Below, one piece after another: positions 1 through 11,306 of a stretch of 64,000 nt of DNA. This DNA is from Paraspadella gotoi (Eukaryota > Animalia > Chaetognatha): positions 8,254,772 through 8,318,771 of the forward strand of contig CM119265.1 in the NCBI GenBank assembly GCA_051294375.1, read 5' to 3'. The position numbers and the translations under genes were made by a program. The notes below the pieces were generated by a model. That model worked only from the letters and a program-made list of their open reading frames with translations. It was not told the origin of the DNA and made no database searches. Within the stretch, counting starts at the first letter, position 1. Every line of letters begins with the position of its first letter.

Positions 1-470
1 GCTCAAGTCCAGCTTCAGGTTTGGTACTTTTGTTTTGTGGCACAGTATAAATTGTGAATTTCGTTCTGTGAATGTTTTTTATCTAGAAATTTTCCCTATT
101 CTCTTTAGCAACGACCTGGCAACCGTGGGTGTCGCCGTATCTGACAACCTCTCGTCGGTCGAGGCCTCGGCGGTTATCAACCGTAACGGGTGGGTCGCCG
201 GTTTTCTATCCAGCGTCGACCCCAGAAAACCCTCCTCGCTGCAAGGCTCTTGCGCTCTGGGATTCCGAGGGCCTGACTTTCAGGTGGAAAGAGAACAATA
301 GAAGAAATGAAAAACCTTTGGATTGTTNNNNNNNNNNNNNNNNNNNNNNNNNTGATAACCGCCGAGGCCTCGACCGACGAGAGGTTGTCAGATACGGCGA
401 CACCCACGGTTGCCAGGTCGTTGCTAAAGAGAATAGGGAAAATTTCTAGATAAAAAACATTCACAGAACG
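1..470. other. Duplicated VDAC gene fragments around an N-gap (probable assembly artefact)
   Basis: 1-326 is the reverse complement of ~6017-6367, and 353-470 repeats ~6194-6306 in the same orientation; both copies flank an N-run. Confidence 0.8.
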
Positions 471-559
471 CAAAGCCTGTCCAAAGTCAGGGGCAAGATA
501 GCTTATTTATTAAATGAATGAATATTTTTTATATTGGTTGTACCAATTTTATAAAGAGA

Positions 560-890
560 AAAAAAATAAAAAAAATAAAGAAATATCTAATGAAGAAAGA
601 AAAAAAGACACAGAAATAAAGGCACAGAAAAAAAGAAAAAACATAGAAAGAAAAACATTGAAAGAAATAAAGATAGAAAGAAATAATTTTAAATAATTTT
701 AAAACATAGAAAGAAAAACATTGCAAGAAATAAAGATAGAAAGAAATAATTTTAAAAGAAAAAGAAAATAGGGGAAAAAAAGGGGAAAAAACTGGAAAGA
801 AAAAAGGGGGAAAAAAAACGGGAAAGAAAAAACGGAAAAGAAAAAAAGAAAAAAGAAAAAGAAAAAAAGAAATAAAACAAACAAACATCC
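560..890. repeat. A/G-rich low-complexity tract with a ~60-bp direct duplication
   Basis: AAAACATAGAAAGAAAAACATTG(A/C)AAGAAATAAAGATAGAAAGAAATAATTTTAAA occurs twice (~637-693, ~700-755), followed by a purine run. Confidence 0.8.
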
Positions 891-904
891 CGTCGTCTAA
901 AAGA

Positions 905-1966
905 CTAACCGATCAACTTTTTATTTTCCTCGGCTGAGTCGACTTCAACTCTTTTCGTCAAAACGAGAGGAGTCGAGGAATTTGAATGAGACTCTGAAAT
1001 CGACTCGTCCGACGAACTCTTCGGGGATTCGCCGTCGTAATTGCCGTCCACATTCTCGTCAATCTTTTGCTTGGGAGAATTGAGAGAAAGTCGAGAACGA
1101 TCTTTAGACACAGAACGACGGTGCTCGATGTCCGACCTAAGATGACAAACCAATTTTTTAAAGAAGCTAAATGGATCGATTAATTTCCCTTTTCATCAAT
1201 GAGGTAGCACCTTTGGGTCTTTCCCTTAAAGGATACTCTGAAGTGGCGGAGTTTCATGTGATTCCTTTTGTGTTGAAGCGAAGAGAAGGAGACGTGACAT
1301 TTTTTGCATTCGCGCAAAGGACCTCGCATTCGTCTTCCAACGCCGAATTCGATGGCCAGCTGTTAATGTAATGGTTATTAGTTAATTCAAGTAAGAGGAG
1401 CCAGTGAATCCTCTTTTCTTATCATATAATAAATTCTCTGGGAAACTAGAGAGCTTTGGTGACCGACCTGCTTGCCCTGGTGATCGGTGTTGAAATGTTG
1501 TTTGGCTCGGGAAAAATTCTCGCACCATAAACCGCAGAGCTTGCAGTGACAGGTATTGTTTTGGGAACCTTGCCCAGGGTGAAACTTTTTTTTATGCTCA
1601 TAGAGCTTACTCCTACATGTAAATTTAAGAAATAAAATGTCTATAATTTTTTTGCGCACCGCGGAGGTATGTGCATTGTGCAATTGAGCAATATTACCTG
1701 GAAGTAAATTTTTGATCGCATATTGGACAGAGCCATGACTGGATAGAGTATGCAGGATGTTCACGTCTGTGACAATCTCGAGCCTGGTAAGTCTTAAAGG
1801 TCTGTCCACAGACCATGCACGGCCAATCGATTTTCAAGTGAACCGCGTAGTTGTGGCTGGCGCGCTTTTGTGAGTTAATGAAGGTTTCTCCGCAAACTTC
1901 GCAGGGCCACGTTTTTTCTCCGGATTTGGGTTCAGACTGGATTGACAGAGAAAGAATGCGCGACCT
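905..1966 (-). CDS. Multi-C2H2 zinc-finger protein (3' exons; 5' end uncertain, possible further exon near 2880-2970)
   Basis: Minus-strand translation gives WPCEVCGETFINSQKRASHNYAVH, WPCMVCGQTFKTYQARDCHRREH, LCPICDQKF and CKLCGLWCENFSRAKQHFNTDH, then a Ser/acidic tail ending at 905. Confidence 0.7.
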
Positions 1967-2248
1967 CTTTAGAAGAAATTCAAATTTTATAAGTGTGCTC
2001 TATAAAAGTCTACCATAATGTTTACAATTAATTTTATGTTATTCAAAGCAATACAGAACATTGTCCTATAATCCATTTTTGGCTTATTTTTACATTCGCC
2101 GACCGGGATTTTTCGCTTCTTATGAGCGACGTATATAGAAATCTCTAGAAAAAAACTTTTTTACAAATTCCTAACCACCCCTGATCCCTAACCAACCTTA
2201 ACCCAATTGCAAACCGTTTAAAAAATATAACACAAGCATTGTTTTTCT

Positions 2249-2516
2249 TTGTTTGTTTACGTACAAATTTGATTAAGAAAACTAAATTTCGGATATTTTT
2301 CAGCTTCAATGTAAACCTTCATCAACGCAAAAACGAATTGATTTGTAAAAAATATTTTCACAGACTTTGTGTCAAGTTTGAAGAGTGAGAAAAAGAAAGA
2401 GTCAGTAAAATATTTGTTTCACAAATCAATTCGTTTTTGCGCTGATGAAGGCTTACATTGAAACTGAAACATGTCCCAAATTTGATTCTTTATAAAACTC
2501 GTACGTAAACAAACAA
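2249..2516. mobile_element. Small foldback (inverted-repeat) element with a degenerate minimal hammerhead motif in each arm
   Basis: Arms ~2249-2360 and ~2405-2516 are reverse complements (ends TTGTTTGTTTACGTAC / GTACGTAAACAAACAA). The right arm has CTGATGA-AGGCTT-ACATTG-AAACT-GAAA-CATG-TC. Confidence 0.7.
2442..2475 (+). ncRNA. Minimal type I hammerhead ribozyme-like motif (degenerate)
   Basis: Core CUGAUGA...GAAA, palindromic CAUG loop and a GUC cleavage triplet; stem II is imperfect and stem I weak. Confidence 0.5.
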
Positions 2517-3713
2517 TTCATTTTCTTCCTGAAACATAAAAATAGCAATTAAAATAAATTTAAAACAATTATTATATATTATAAGATTATAAAATTTGTA
2601 TTACTGAATAAAAAATAATGTATATCATTGCGCAAAGTGAGACTCGACGCTAGAGGGAAAGCAAAATTAAATGGATTAAAAAAGCACCGACCGGTGGTAC
2701 CTAAGGAATCCTTAGTAAGGATGGTTGCGGACATCGAATAGTAAAGTTACCCACATTTTTCTAGACGCTCTGACTTGCCAATTTGTTGACAATAATTTTT
2801 TTTTTACTTTTTAGGACTACGACAAAACTCGTTTAATGTTTATTGTGATTACCTTATTTGGTGTTGGGTTTGAGGTTACCTTCTTCTTTGGCTTATCACT
2901 GTGAAACTGTAAAACATGTTGACGACGGTTCTCAGAGGTCGAAAACGTTTTTTGCAAACTTTGCACCTTTTAAACAAATATGTTGAGAGATAATAAATAC
3001 ATGTACGTAAAAATAAATAAATACAAGGTAGTTTTATATTATGAAATTGGTACAACCAATATGTATATACCAACTTATGAAATTGGTACAACAAATATAA
3101 AAATTATATTATATTATGTACCACACCATAGGCATAGCATGTCGAAAGTCAAAAAGCGAAAAAGCAAAAACTTACTTGAATAGATCGCGAAAAGGCATAG
3201 TTAAAGTCTGTAACTAAACCGAAGGGAAAAAAAATCTTGCGAACTGGTCGGGAGAGATTTTATCAACTTTATCTTTTCAGTTAGAGAGTTAAAGGAAAAC
3301 AAAACATTCGACAATTATTTTTTTCGCCGTTGAGTGAGGGAATGGAAAAAGAAACGAAAGGCACTCGAGTTGAAGTTAATGTGGATGAGACTTGGCTCGG
3401 TTCACAGTCGCATTTTTTGGCCAAAAAATTTGTGAATAAAAGCTCACGAAGACCTCACCCCTCGGGAAATCAAATTGGGTGGAGATAAGATTCACGTTCG
3501 GGTTTTAGGGGATCGACATCGACCAATCGGGATCTCTCAAAAATGATCGGCTATTTGTGTTCCGTTTCGGTGAAACCACGTGACGGTTTCTGGAGACAGT
3601 TGGACACAGGTGCTGCATGATCCATTGTCCTCTTTAGTATAGGTTATTTCGTGTCAAGCGAGCTCAACGCGAGACTCTAACATTTCTTTTTTCAGAACAT
3701 TTTTTAAAAAAAG

Positions 3714-3930
3714 TTATGGACTAAAATCCACCAACCGTTCATCAGCGGCCATAGGTGCCGGAGGCAAGTCATTCGCCTCCCAACCCAAAGGTCCGGGGTT
3801 CTAGCCCGGTGGCTGCCTAGGAATTAAGAGGGACGGGGCGCTTAACATGGTGTTACAGCCTGATCCGAAGCTCAGGGACTGCTTATATTGAACGGTTCTG
3901 TCATTAACACATATCAATAATTACTGCACT
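3714..3930 (+). mobile_element. tRNA-derived SINE-like repeat, copy 1
   Basis: Near-identical to 60039-60272. The tRNA-like head 3745-3817 has acceptor stem GCGGCCA/TGGCTGC, B-box-like GGTTCTAGCCC and a Gly(CCC)-like anticodon region TTCGCCTCCCAA. Confidence 0.7.
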
Positions 3931-4359
3931 TCAAATTTTAAATTTCGGTAGAAATAAATAAAACTCAGTTTTTACCAACTTAGAGGCTTAAACTTGCTTA
4001 ATGCTTAGTGGGACATTCATATGGACACTTATTTAGCTAAATAGTTATTCAACGATACTGTTTCGTAAATTAGGGAAATTTAACTTCTCCAAATTATAAT
4101 TCAAACGAATGACGTCATTGACATGAAGTGAAAGTTTGGAATCAAAAATTTAGCAGTTATATCTTGTATTTATTATTTTTATAAATATAATAACCCAGTC
4201 AGCTTATTTTGTATATAGTACTAACCTTATATAATATCAAAATAGCTTTTTTTTTTAATTTTGAGAACATCTTTAGATTCTTGTAAAAAGTTGATAAAAG
4301 AAAATATAAATCTTTTTTCAAAAATTATGTCATTAAGTTAAAATTATAAAAACTATAAA

Positions 4360-4782
4360 TTATCTTGCAAGTGTGATGGAGGCCTTTAACCACCAAAGCC
4401 TGTCCAAATTCAGGGACAAGAAAGCTTATTTATTAAATGGATGGATAATTTTTATATTGGTTGTACTAATTTCATAAAATTCAGCTCCTTGTATTTTAAT
4501 GCTAGTGCGGAGTACAATATAGTATTCCCCGATCTTTTCACATAATTGAAACATTCTTTGAAATATTATACCACTTCATTGATAGGGAAGCCAGGTTCAC
4601 TGGGAGTGAATAAACAAGTCTGTGAGAGAGGCTTGATTAAAAGCTTGCAGAAACCTGTTATTTTATTATCTTGCAAGTGTGATGGAGGCCTTAAACCACC
4701 AAAGCCTGTCCAAAGTCAGGGACAAGATAGCTTATTTATTAAATGGATGGATAATTTTTATATTGGTTGTACCAATTTCATA
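4360..4782. repeat. High-copy dispersed element family B (partial copy plus near-full copy)
   Basis: Core CAAAGCCTGTCCAAAGTCAGGG(G/A)CAAGATAGCTTATTTATTAAATGAATGGATAATTTTTATATTGGTTGTACCAATTTCATA. Other copies lie at ~471-550, 3040-3100, 7640-7701, 17923-18220, 21677-21878(-), 25993-26030(-), 49890-50433, 60006-60318(-) and 61289-61348(-). Confidence 0.85.
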
Positions 4783-5557
4783 CTTATTACTATATATAAA
4801 TAATATTAAATAGAGCTCACTGGTACTCACTAATATATAAAATAATAAAAAATAAATTTAAATATTTTTATTAATTTTTATATTTTATATGCTAAATTTT
4901 AATTTTTTAAAAGAGTCAGTAAAAATTTAAAACTTTAATGAACATCTATTCTAGACTAATTGCGTTTTCTCAAGAAATGAACAAAAGTCAAATCTTTTTA
5001 ATTTGGCATTTTTTATTTGACATATTCTAAATATAACATTTATTCACGATACAGAATTAAACCTTATGTCTATAAATTAAAAAGTAGTACATATCACAGT
5101 ATGCAACAAAAATTTTAATGGATAATTACTCGCAAAAAGTTTCTAAACAATATGAAATCCCTCAGCAAGATTATGCGAAAATGTTGTCTTGTCTCGAGCT
5201 AGAAGCCGACAACGACCAAGACAAACCTTGGCGCATGCAGCATAAGACACATTAAAATGGTTTTATCAATGTAAATATACATAACAAATAAAAAAAGAGC
5301 AAAAACAAAAAATATCAACAAGCGATGACTTTTCGCTTCAAATCGCGATTAAATTTACTACTGTAATTAATAGATGCGCTAGAGTATAATAGGCTATTTT
5401 AATGGAAGCGATGCGGCGGTTTTTAATGAACGCGCGACCACAAACGAGTAAAAAAAAATTTAAGAATGAAATTAAGCCAAGTCAATGTCCCACGATCACA
5501 CTCGAGTTTTTTTTCCACGAAGCGACTTTAAACGAAATCGAGTCAATTAGCGTTCGA

Positions 5558-7168
5558 TCACGCGTCGACTACGAGGCCGACGCCAAAGTCGTTGGGACCT
5601 GCGGCGACGTTCATGGCGTTGACTTGACCAGAGACGTTGAGGGAGACGCCGTCGCGGAGGCGCGTGCTGTAGGCGACGGAGAGAAGGGAGGAGTTGTCGA
5701 TTTTCACTGCCGGGGTACAGAAAAGGTGAGGGGTGGTGGAGATATATTGAAATGGAGGTTTAACAAAAGGGGAGGTTCGTGCAAAAATAAAGAAAGCCAA
5801 TAGTTGTCAACTCCCTTACCCGCGACGGACGAGATTCCGCTGAGTGCGACTTTATGTGAGAGGGCGAGGGAAGGTTTGTCGCCGGGTGTCGCGTTGAGCT
5901 CGACGCCCAGTTCCGCGTCGGACGACAATTTTTGGTAAACCTGAGCGTTGACCGCCTTGTCCGCCGCCAGCGTCGTCAAAAGCTATATAAACATAACGCA
6001 GAGCACAACGAATTAAACAATCCAAAGGTTTTTCATTTCTTCTATTGTTCTCTTTCCACCTGAAAGTCAGGCCCTCGGAATCCCAGAGCGCAAGAGCCTT
6101 GCAGCGAGGAGGGTTTTCTGGGGTCGACGCTGGATAGAAAACCGGCGACCCACCCGTTACGGTTGATANNNNNNNNNNNNNNNNNNNNNNNNNACCGCCG
6201 AGGCCTCGACCGACGAGAGGTTGTCAGACACGGCGACACCCACGGTTGCCAGGTCGTTGCTAAAGTGAATAGGGAAAATTTCTAGATAAAAAACATTCAC
6301 AGAACGAAATTCACAATTTATACTGTGCCACAAAACAAAAGTACCAAACCTGAAGCTGGACTTGAGCCCCAAGTTGAGTTTGCCCGTGTCGGGGGCGAAG
6401 ACCGACGTAAGTCCGACGTTGAGACCGGAAACGACGAAGTCCTTGACCGACAGGGATTCTTCCAAGACGCGGGCGCTGGTGTAACGCATCGTGAAATCCG
6501 CTCCCTAGATGCAAAAAGGCGAACACAGTCTAAACTACAGCAAATTCCTTGGAGTATCCATTTTTTTTTTCAATCCGACGAACCCAAAAGACATGAGAGG
6601 ATTCCAAGGCGCTGGTGACGCTCTTGGGACCCGTTTGCATGGACAGATTCCCTCCGAATTTGGAGCCGGTTTTCGTGGCAGTCGTGAAGTCGAGAGAAAA
6701 GGCGCCAGCGTTGAAGGGGGCGTGCAGCACGGCGTGGGAAGGAGACGCCAAATCTGAAAAATAAGAAGCGACGTTTTTTAATATTACGCAGTGAGTTAAG
6801 GATGAAAAGCCGTACCTTCGAAGGCCGGGATCGGGACGGACTTGTCTTTCAGTTCGGTGGACGAGCGGGACTTGCATCCGCAACACTGAGGGGGAAACAC
6901 GAAAGGATCTCAACCTAAAGAGTCAGTCGACTCACACCAACCCAGCTTTTTCTACTCGGTTCTTACTTCTTTTACAGCGTTGTCGTTGGTGTTGGCGGCG
7001 GCCGTCTCGACAACGTCCGTCAAAACTAATAGAAGAAAAATTCCTCTTTGGCTTCCGAGTCTCATCTTTTGAAAATCCCCTTCTCCACTTACCCGCAGCG
7101 GAGGGAAGTTCCGGGAGGGCGGCTTCCAATACCGCCGCTGCCTCCTTTGCCTTGAAAGCATCCCCCAT
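5558..7168 (-). CDS. VDAC: Divergent voltage-dependent anion channel (porin) with a ~70-aa N-terminal extension
   Basis: Spliced translation PIPAFEDLASPSHAVLHAPFNAGAFSLDFTTATKTG...VTSALESSHVFW aligns by eye to the VDAC N-terminus. It also has VDAC-like LNVGLTSVFAPDTGK, INRNGWVAG, AQVYQKLS and a C-terminal beta-signal FGVGLVVDA*. Confidence 0.85.
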
Positions 7169-7270
7169 GATGGAACCAGCCGAAAATAAAGAGTTTATAT
7201 CACGTTCAAGTAAAGTCGAGAGTCGAGACGCTGCAATAAAATGTTTGAACAAATATACTTTCGATAAACT

Positions 7271-7419
7271 AATTTTACTTTCGCCGACCGGGGTTAGGGA
7301 GGTAGTTAGGGTTAAGAGGGTTTAAGGTTAGGGTTAATGGGTAATAATTTTTTTTAAAAATAAGTATTTTGAAATGGTTTTTCAAAAGACGCCAAAACCG
7401 CAGTCGGCTAAAGTAAAAT
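7271..7419. mobile_element. ~150-bp MITE-like element with internal degenerate TTAGGG repeats
   Basis: TIRs AATTTTACTTTCGCCGAC / GTCGGCTAAAGTAAAATT; interior GGGTTAGGGAGGTAGTTAGGGTTAAGAGGGGTTTAAGGTTAGGG. A related partial copy lies at ~2085-2205. Confidence 0.65.
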
Positions 7420-8629
7420 TTAGCCAACTATGAAACGCATCACAATAATTGAATAAACGGAGAAAGTGTGGCAAGTATAAAATTTGGTACGACAGCACTT
7501 AATATTAGTAAACAATTCTCTGTTTCGTAAGGACAGGAAGTGATCTTTTGTTCTTCAAAGGGATAATGCGATGGTGGTAGAAACGGAAACCTTTTCTCTG
7601 AACAAAAGATTCACAAATATCTTATTTATTATAATATAAAGTCAGGGGCAAGATAGCTTATTTATTAGATGAATGAATAATTGGTTGGTACCAATTTCAT
7701 AAGTTCATAGGTCATTTGCTATAAAAAATAGAATTGTCGGTTTCTAAAACCGTTTCTAAAATTTAATGAATCAAGTTTGAGAAATTAATAGTTTATGGTT
7801 TATTTTCTTTATAGTGCTGAGGATTCAAAATAAACGAAGAAATGTCGCAGCTTAATTTGTGGATTATTTCATTTGCATATTGTCGTATTCCGATTAAGCT
7901 TTGATAAATTTTTATTCTATTGCCCTAAAGATTTAATATTGACATTTTACATATGTTTGTTTATGGTTCAATTAATAACTAAATAATTAATGATTTAATT
8001 ATAATAATTACTTATTTAAACTTTTAACTATTCTTGTGATTCCAGCTGTCTTTTCTACATTTAGTAAGAAAGATATATTCTCAATGAATTATCCTTTGGT
8101 CAGCTAGAATTACTATTATTAGCGTCTCTTTGTTTATTAGCGTCTTTGTTTTTATTATTATTATCATTATTCTTATTAGCATTAAAAAAAAAGAATTACA
8201 CTATGACTTGGATATCCTGTCACAGGTCTCTACTTGAATACTTTCCAGGCCTAGCACTCTAGCTCTTACAAAGAAGCCAGTCAAGTAGCCTTCAAACCAT
8301 TAAGTAATTAATTCTCCACTGAACTTATATTAATCGATGTTATGATTAATCAGGGTAACTAAATATATATATACCATCCTGTTATAGGTGCATCTACATC
8401 AATGTTTACTTACTTCGTACTCTAGCTGTGTTCAGATGTAACCTAACAAACTACTCGATATCTGCTAAGCATAAAAAAACTTAAAAATTATAATAATAAT
8501 AATAATTTTTATTAGGACGCCCTCGTGGGGAAGTAGAAAAACAAATAAAAGGAAAAATTCAACAAACTTTAGAGTCTAACTACGCCAATTCTCTCAATTT
8601 AAGTTCAGTCCCGTCAACGTTCGACGTCG

Positions 8630-10270
8630 TCACACGATTCTGACGTCCTGCACGCTGGCCTTGACGAGATTGAACAACGTCTTGTCGTCGCGCCGATATC
8701 GGCAAAGCACGACCGCCTTGAGCTGTTCGAGAAAGACGTCGAGGTCGTCCTCGAGACCACGGTGATCCAAGTCGGTCACGTGACGCAACGCGTCAACGCG
8801 TTTGAGCCTGGCCTGGATCTGCGCGCGCACGTGGTCGTAGTACCGCTTCAAATAAGAGTTCTTCTCAGCGCGTTCGCGGTTTTCCTTGAGCGACTTGGTC
8901 ACCTCCGCTTCCATGGTTTTAAGCTTTGACTGCGGGGGTAGTATGGGAGATAATATGATCCGACATGATTACTGATTGGATAAACAATTTCAAACATGTC
9001 AAATATATCCTAAATTTTTCCAGCGACGAACTTGAAAATCCGAGTAGCCAGACTCGAGCTCTTTATTTTCTTTGGTGAGCCTTTCAATCTCCTGGTCCAA
9101 TTTTTGAAGTTCGCCGTCCGTACTGAGTAAATCGATCCCGGCGCAAGCCTTTTTGTGAATTTCCTGTTTTGCAATATTAAAAGGCGAATTATTAAACTTT
9201 GGTAACTGTGATAAGGCCTTTTTTTCTTGTAACCAGAAATTCTTGGACCTCACCTGCATGACCTCTGAGGTAAGTTTAGCGCGCTTCATGACATTGGTGG
9301 CCCTCGGACACCCGGACAGAGAGCGGTGCGACGAGTAAGTTCCGACCGCGTTACCGCTTCCATCGCAACCTGGCGTCGGGCACGTCTCCCATCTAGTTTA
9401 AAATAAAATTATTATGTTTAAATTGTAAATATTAAATTTTTAAATAAGATTAAAATGCTGCTCATAAAACTAAAACCTCGTTCCCACCTGGCAGTGTTGC
9501 TGGTGAGCCCGAGAACCTCACAAGCTTTGGCCGAACAGTCAGAATGAACAACCGAGGGTGGTCGGAAAGAGGCCTGCAAAAAAAGAAAATATCAAAGAAA
9601 TGGAATCCCTATCCGCCAATTTTGACCGAAAGTCATCTCCACTCACCGTCGGGCCGTCTCCCTTGAGATAAACTATCCTCGGTGCCACCGGTTGAGACGA
9701 TAACAATTCAAATTGCGTCGACACGCCTTTCGAGGAAAGTTTCGTGGAGCAATCGGTGGTTGCGGCAGTTGTGTCGGATGCCTCGGGTGCGGCAGAAAGG
9801 GAGATGTTTTCCGTCGATGCGGATTCCAAATCGTCACATGACGACGGGTTAGCCGGTTCGTCGAAGAGCTCGCCAGAGTTTATCGGACCGGAAGAAGAGG
9901 CGGAGGAGTTGGCGTCGATCAAGGTGGAAGACGAGGAAGATAAAATCCCGGCGTCGCTTATGAGAGTTTGGTTGGATCGGAGCGGCGGCGCAGAGTCGGC
10001 GGAAGGAAATTGAGCGGAGAAGACGGAAAGCGGCGCGGGAGGAGTCGAGCCTCGAGAGGATCGTCCCGGCGCTGACGACGGCGTCGGGGATGAACGACGC
10101 TCGTAAGTTAAAGGCCGTTTGGAGCCAGCGCGAAAGTGAAGAGGTGGATCCGGCGTTGGAAGGACAGGAGTCGGTGACGCCGAAAGAGACGAAGCGACGT
10201 CCTTCATATCGGCGACGTTGTTGTTTACCGAAGCGATGGAGATCATGACGGGATCCGCGCCTGACGCCAT
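8630..10270 (-). CDS. MYT1/ST18-like C2HC zinc-finger protein with C-terminal coiled coil
   Basis: The exon at ~9250-9390 encodes [28 protein letters not shown]. The C-terminus [16 protein letters not shown]...[12 protein letters not shown]...[15 protein letters not shown] resembles the MYT1 family tail; the N-terminus is Ser/Pro-rich. Confidence 0.75.
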
Positions 10271-10936
10271 CGTCAGATTAAAAGTTCGTTTTTCTCTAAT
10301 ATGCAAACAGAATTAAAAATCAAACAAAAAAAGGAAATGTATTTTTTTATAAATACATATCATATACGCATATTGTTGAAAACGTCAATAACGCACGGTT
10401 TTTGGAAATAAACTTTTTTCTTTTAATAATATACGACTGGATATTACTAATCTTTAACATCACTTAGAACTTTACATTTTGTCTTACTATAACGTGCAGT
10501 ATTGCGGAATAAATACGTATTACATATGTATAAAATATGGTAGGCGTTTCCGTTTGCGCATGTGCACAACGTGGTGACTAGATTGTGTTAATGATGATAA
10601 ATATATGTCGTAATAGAAGTATTCATTGAATTAGTAATTTTATCCTTAGATGAAAGCTTTGACAGTAAAAAATACGCAAACAAACAAGGCAAGACAGACA
10701 AAAAAGTATTGGCCACTCAAACCGAGCGGTCAGGCGTAACACTCCCGAAAAATCAAGCATCTACGAATTTGAAAAAAACACACTAAGACAGTAACAGAAA
10801 TTTTGAGTAAATGAATGGAGTTCAAGAAAATAAATAAATAACGAAAAAAAAGCCTCCGTTGCTTTTTTTTATGGCCAAATGTTTAGTACGTTGGCCAAGT
10901 TTCACCCTCGAGGGCCTCGCGAGGCGGAGGGACGGT

Positions 10937-11306
10937 TTAATCGTCATCGTCATCCGGCACGAAAATATCGTTCTCCTCGAGAAAGGCGGCGCCTTCTCGA
11001 GCGACCGTGGCGCCGATGTAGATGCCGGGAATGGCGCAACCAAGGACTTTGACCACTCCCAGGCGGTTCACTTCCGGTTTCGGCAGAAACGCGCCTAAAA
11101 AAAAAGTTGAAGGGAATGGGAACCCGTTTCATTTTCCTCACACGAAACATTTCGGATGTTTTTCGTTTTCGTAGTTTTTTACCAGTTTCCGTGGTGACTG
11201 CCGTCCTCGCCGTTTGAACTCCGGTCGATTTACTCAGCTCGAGCAACGCTTTGTCGCCTCCCTTTTTCAGCGCCAAAAGCGACATCTGCCTCAGGCTGGC
11301 CGCCAT
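10937..11306 (-). CDS. SMDT1: Essential MCU regulator (EMRE), 2 exons
   Basis: Mitochondrial presequence MAASLRQMSLLALKK...TTETG spliced to AFLPKPEVNRLGVVKVLGCAIPGIYIGATVAREGAAFLEENDIFVPDDDDD* (TM helix with GxxxG plus poly-Asp tail). The second exon frame is not in the ORF track. Confidence 0.92.

Noticed and set aside
514-888. K/E-rich and F-rich ORFs in the ORF track (also 16313-16850)
   Set aside because: They are translations of low-complexity purine/pyrimidine tracts with no domain or splice support.
3745-3817. Functional tRNA-Gly gene
   Set aside because: The D and anticodon arms are imperfect, and it is embedded in a longer dispersed repeat present twice in the window.
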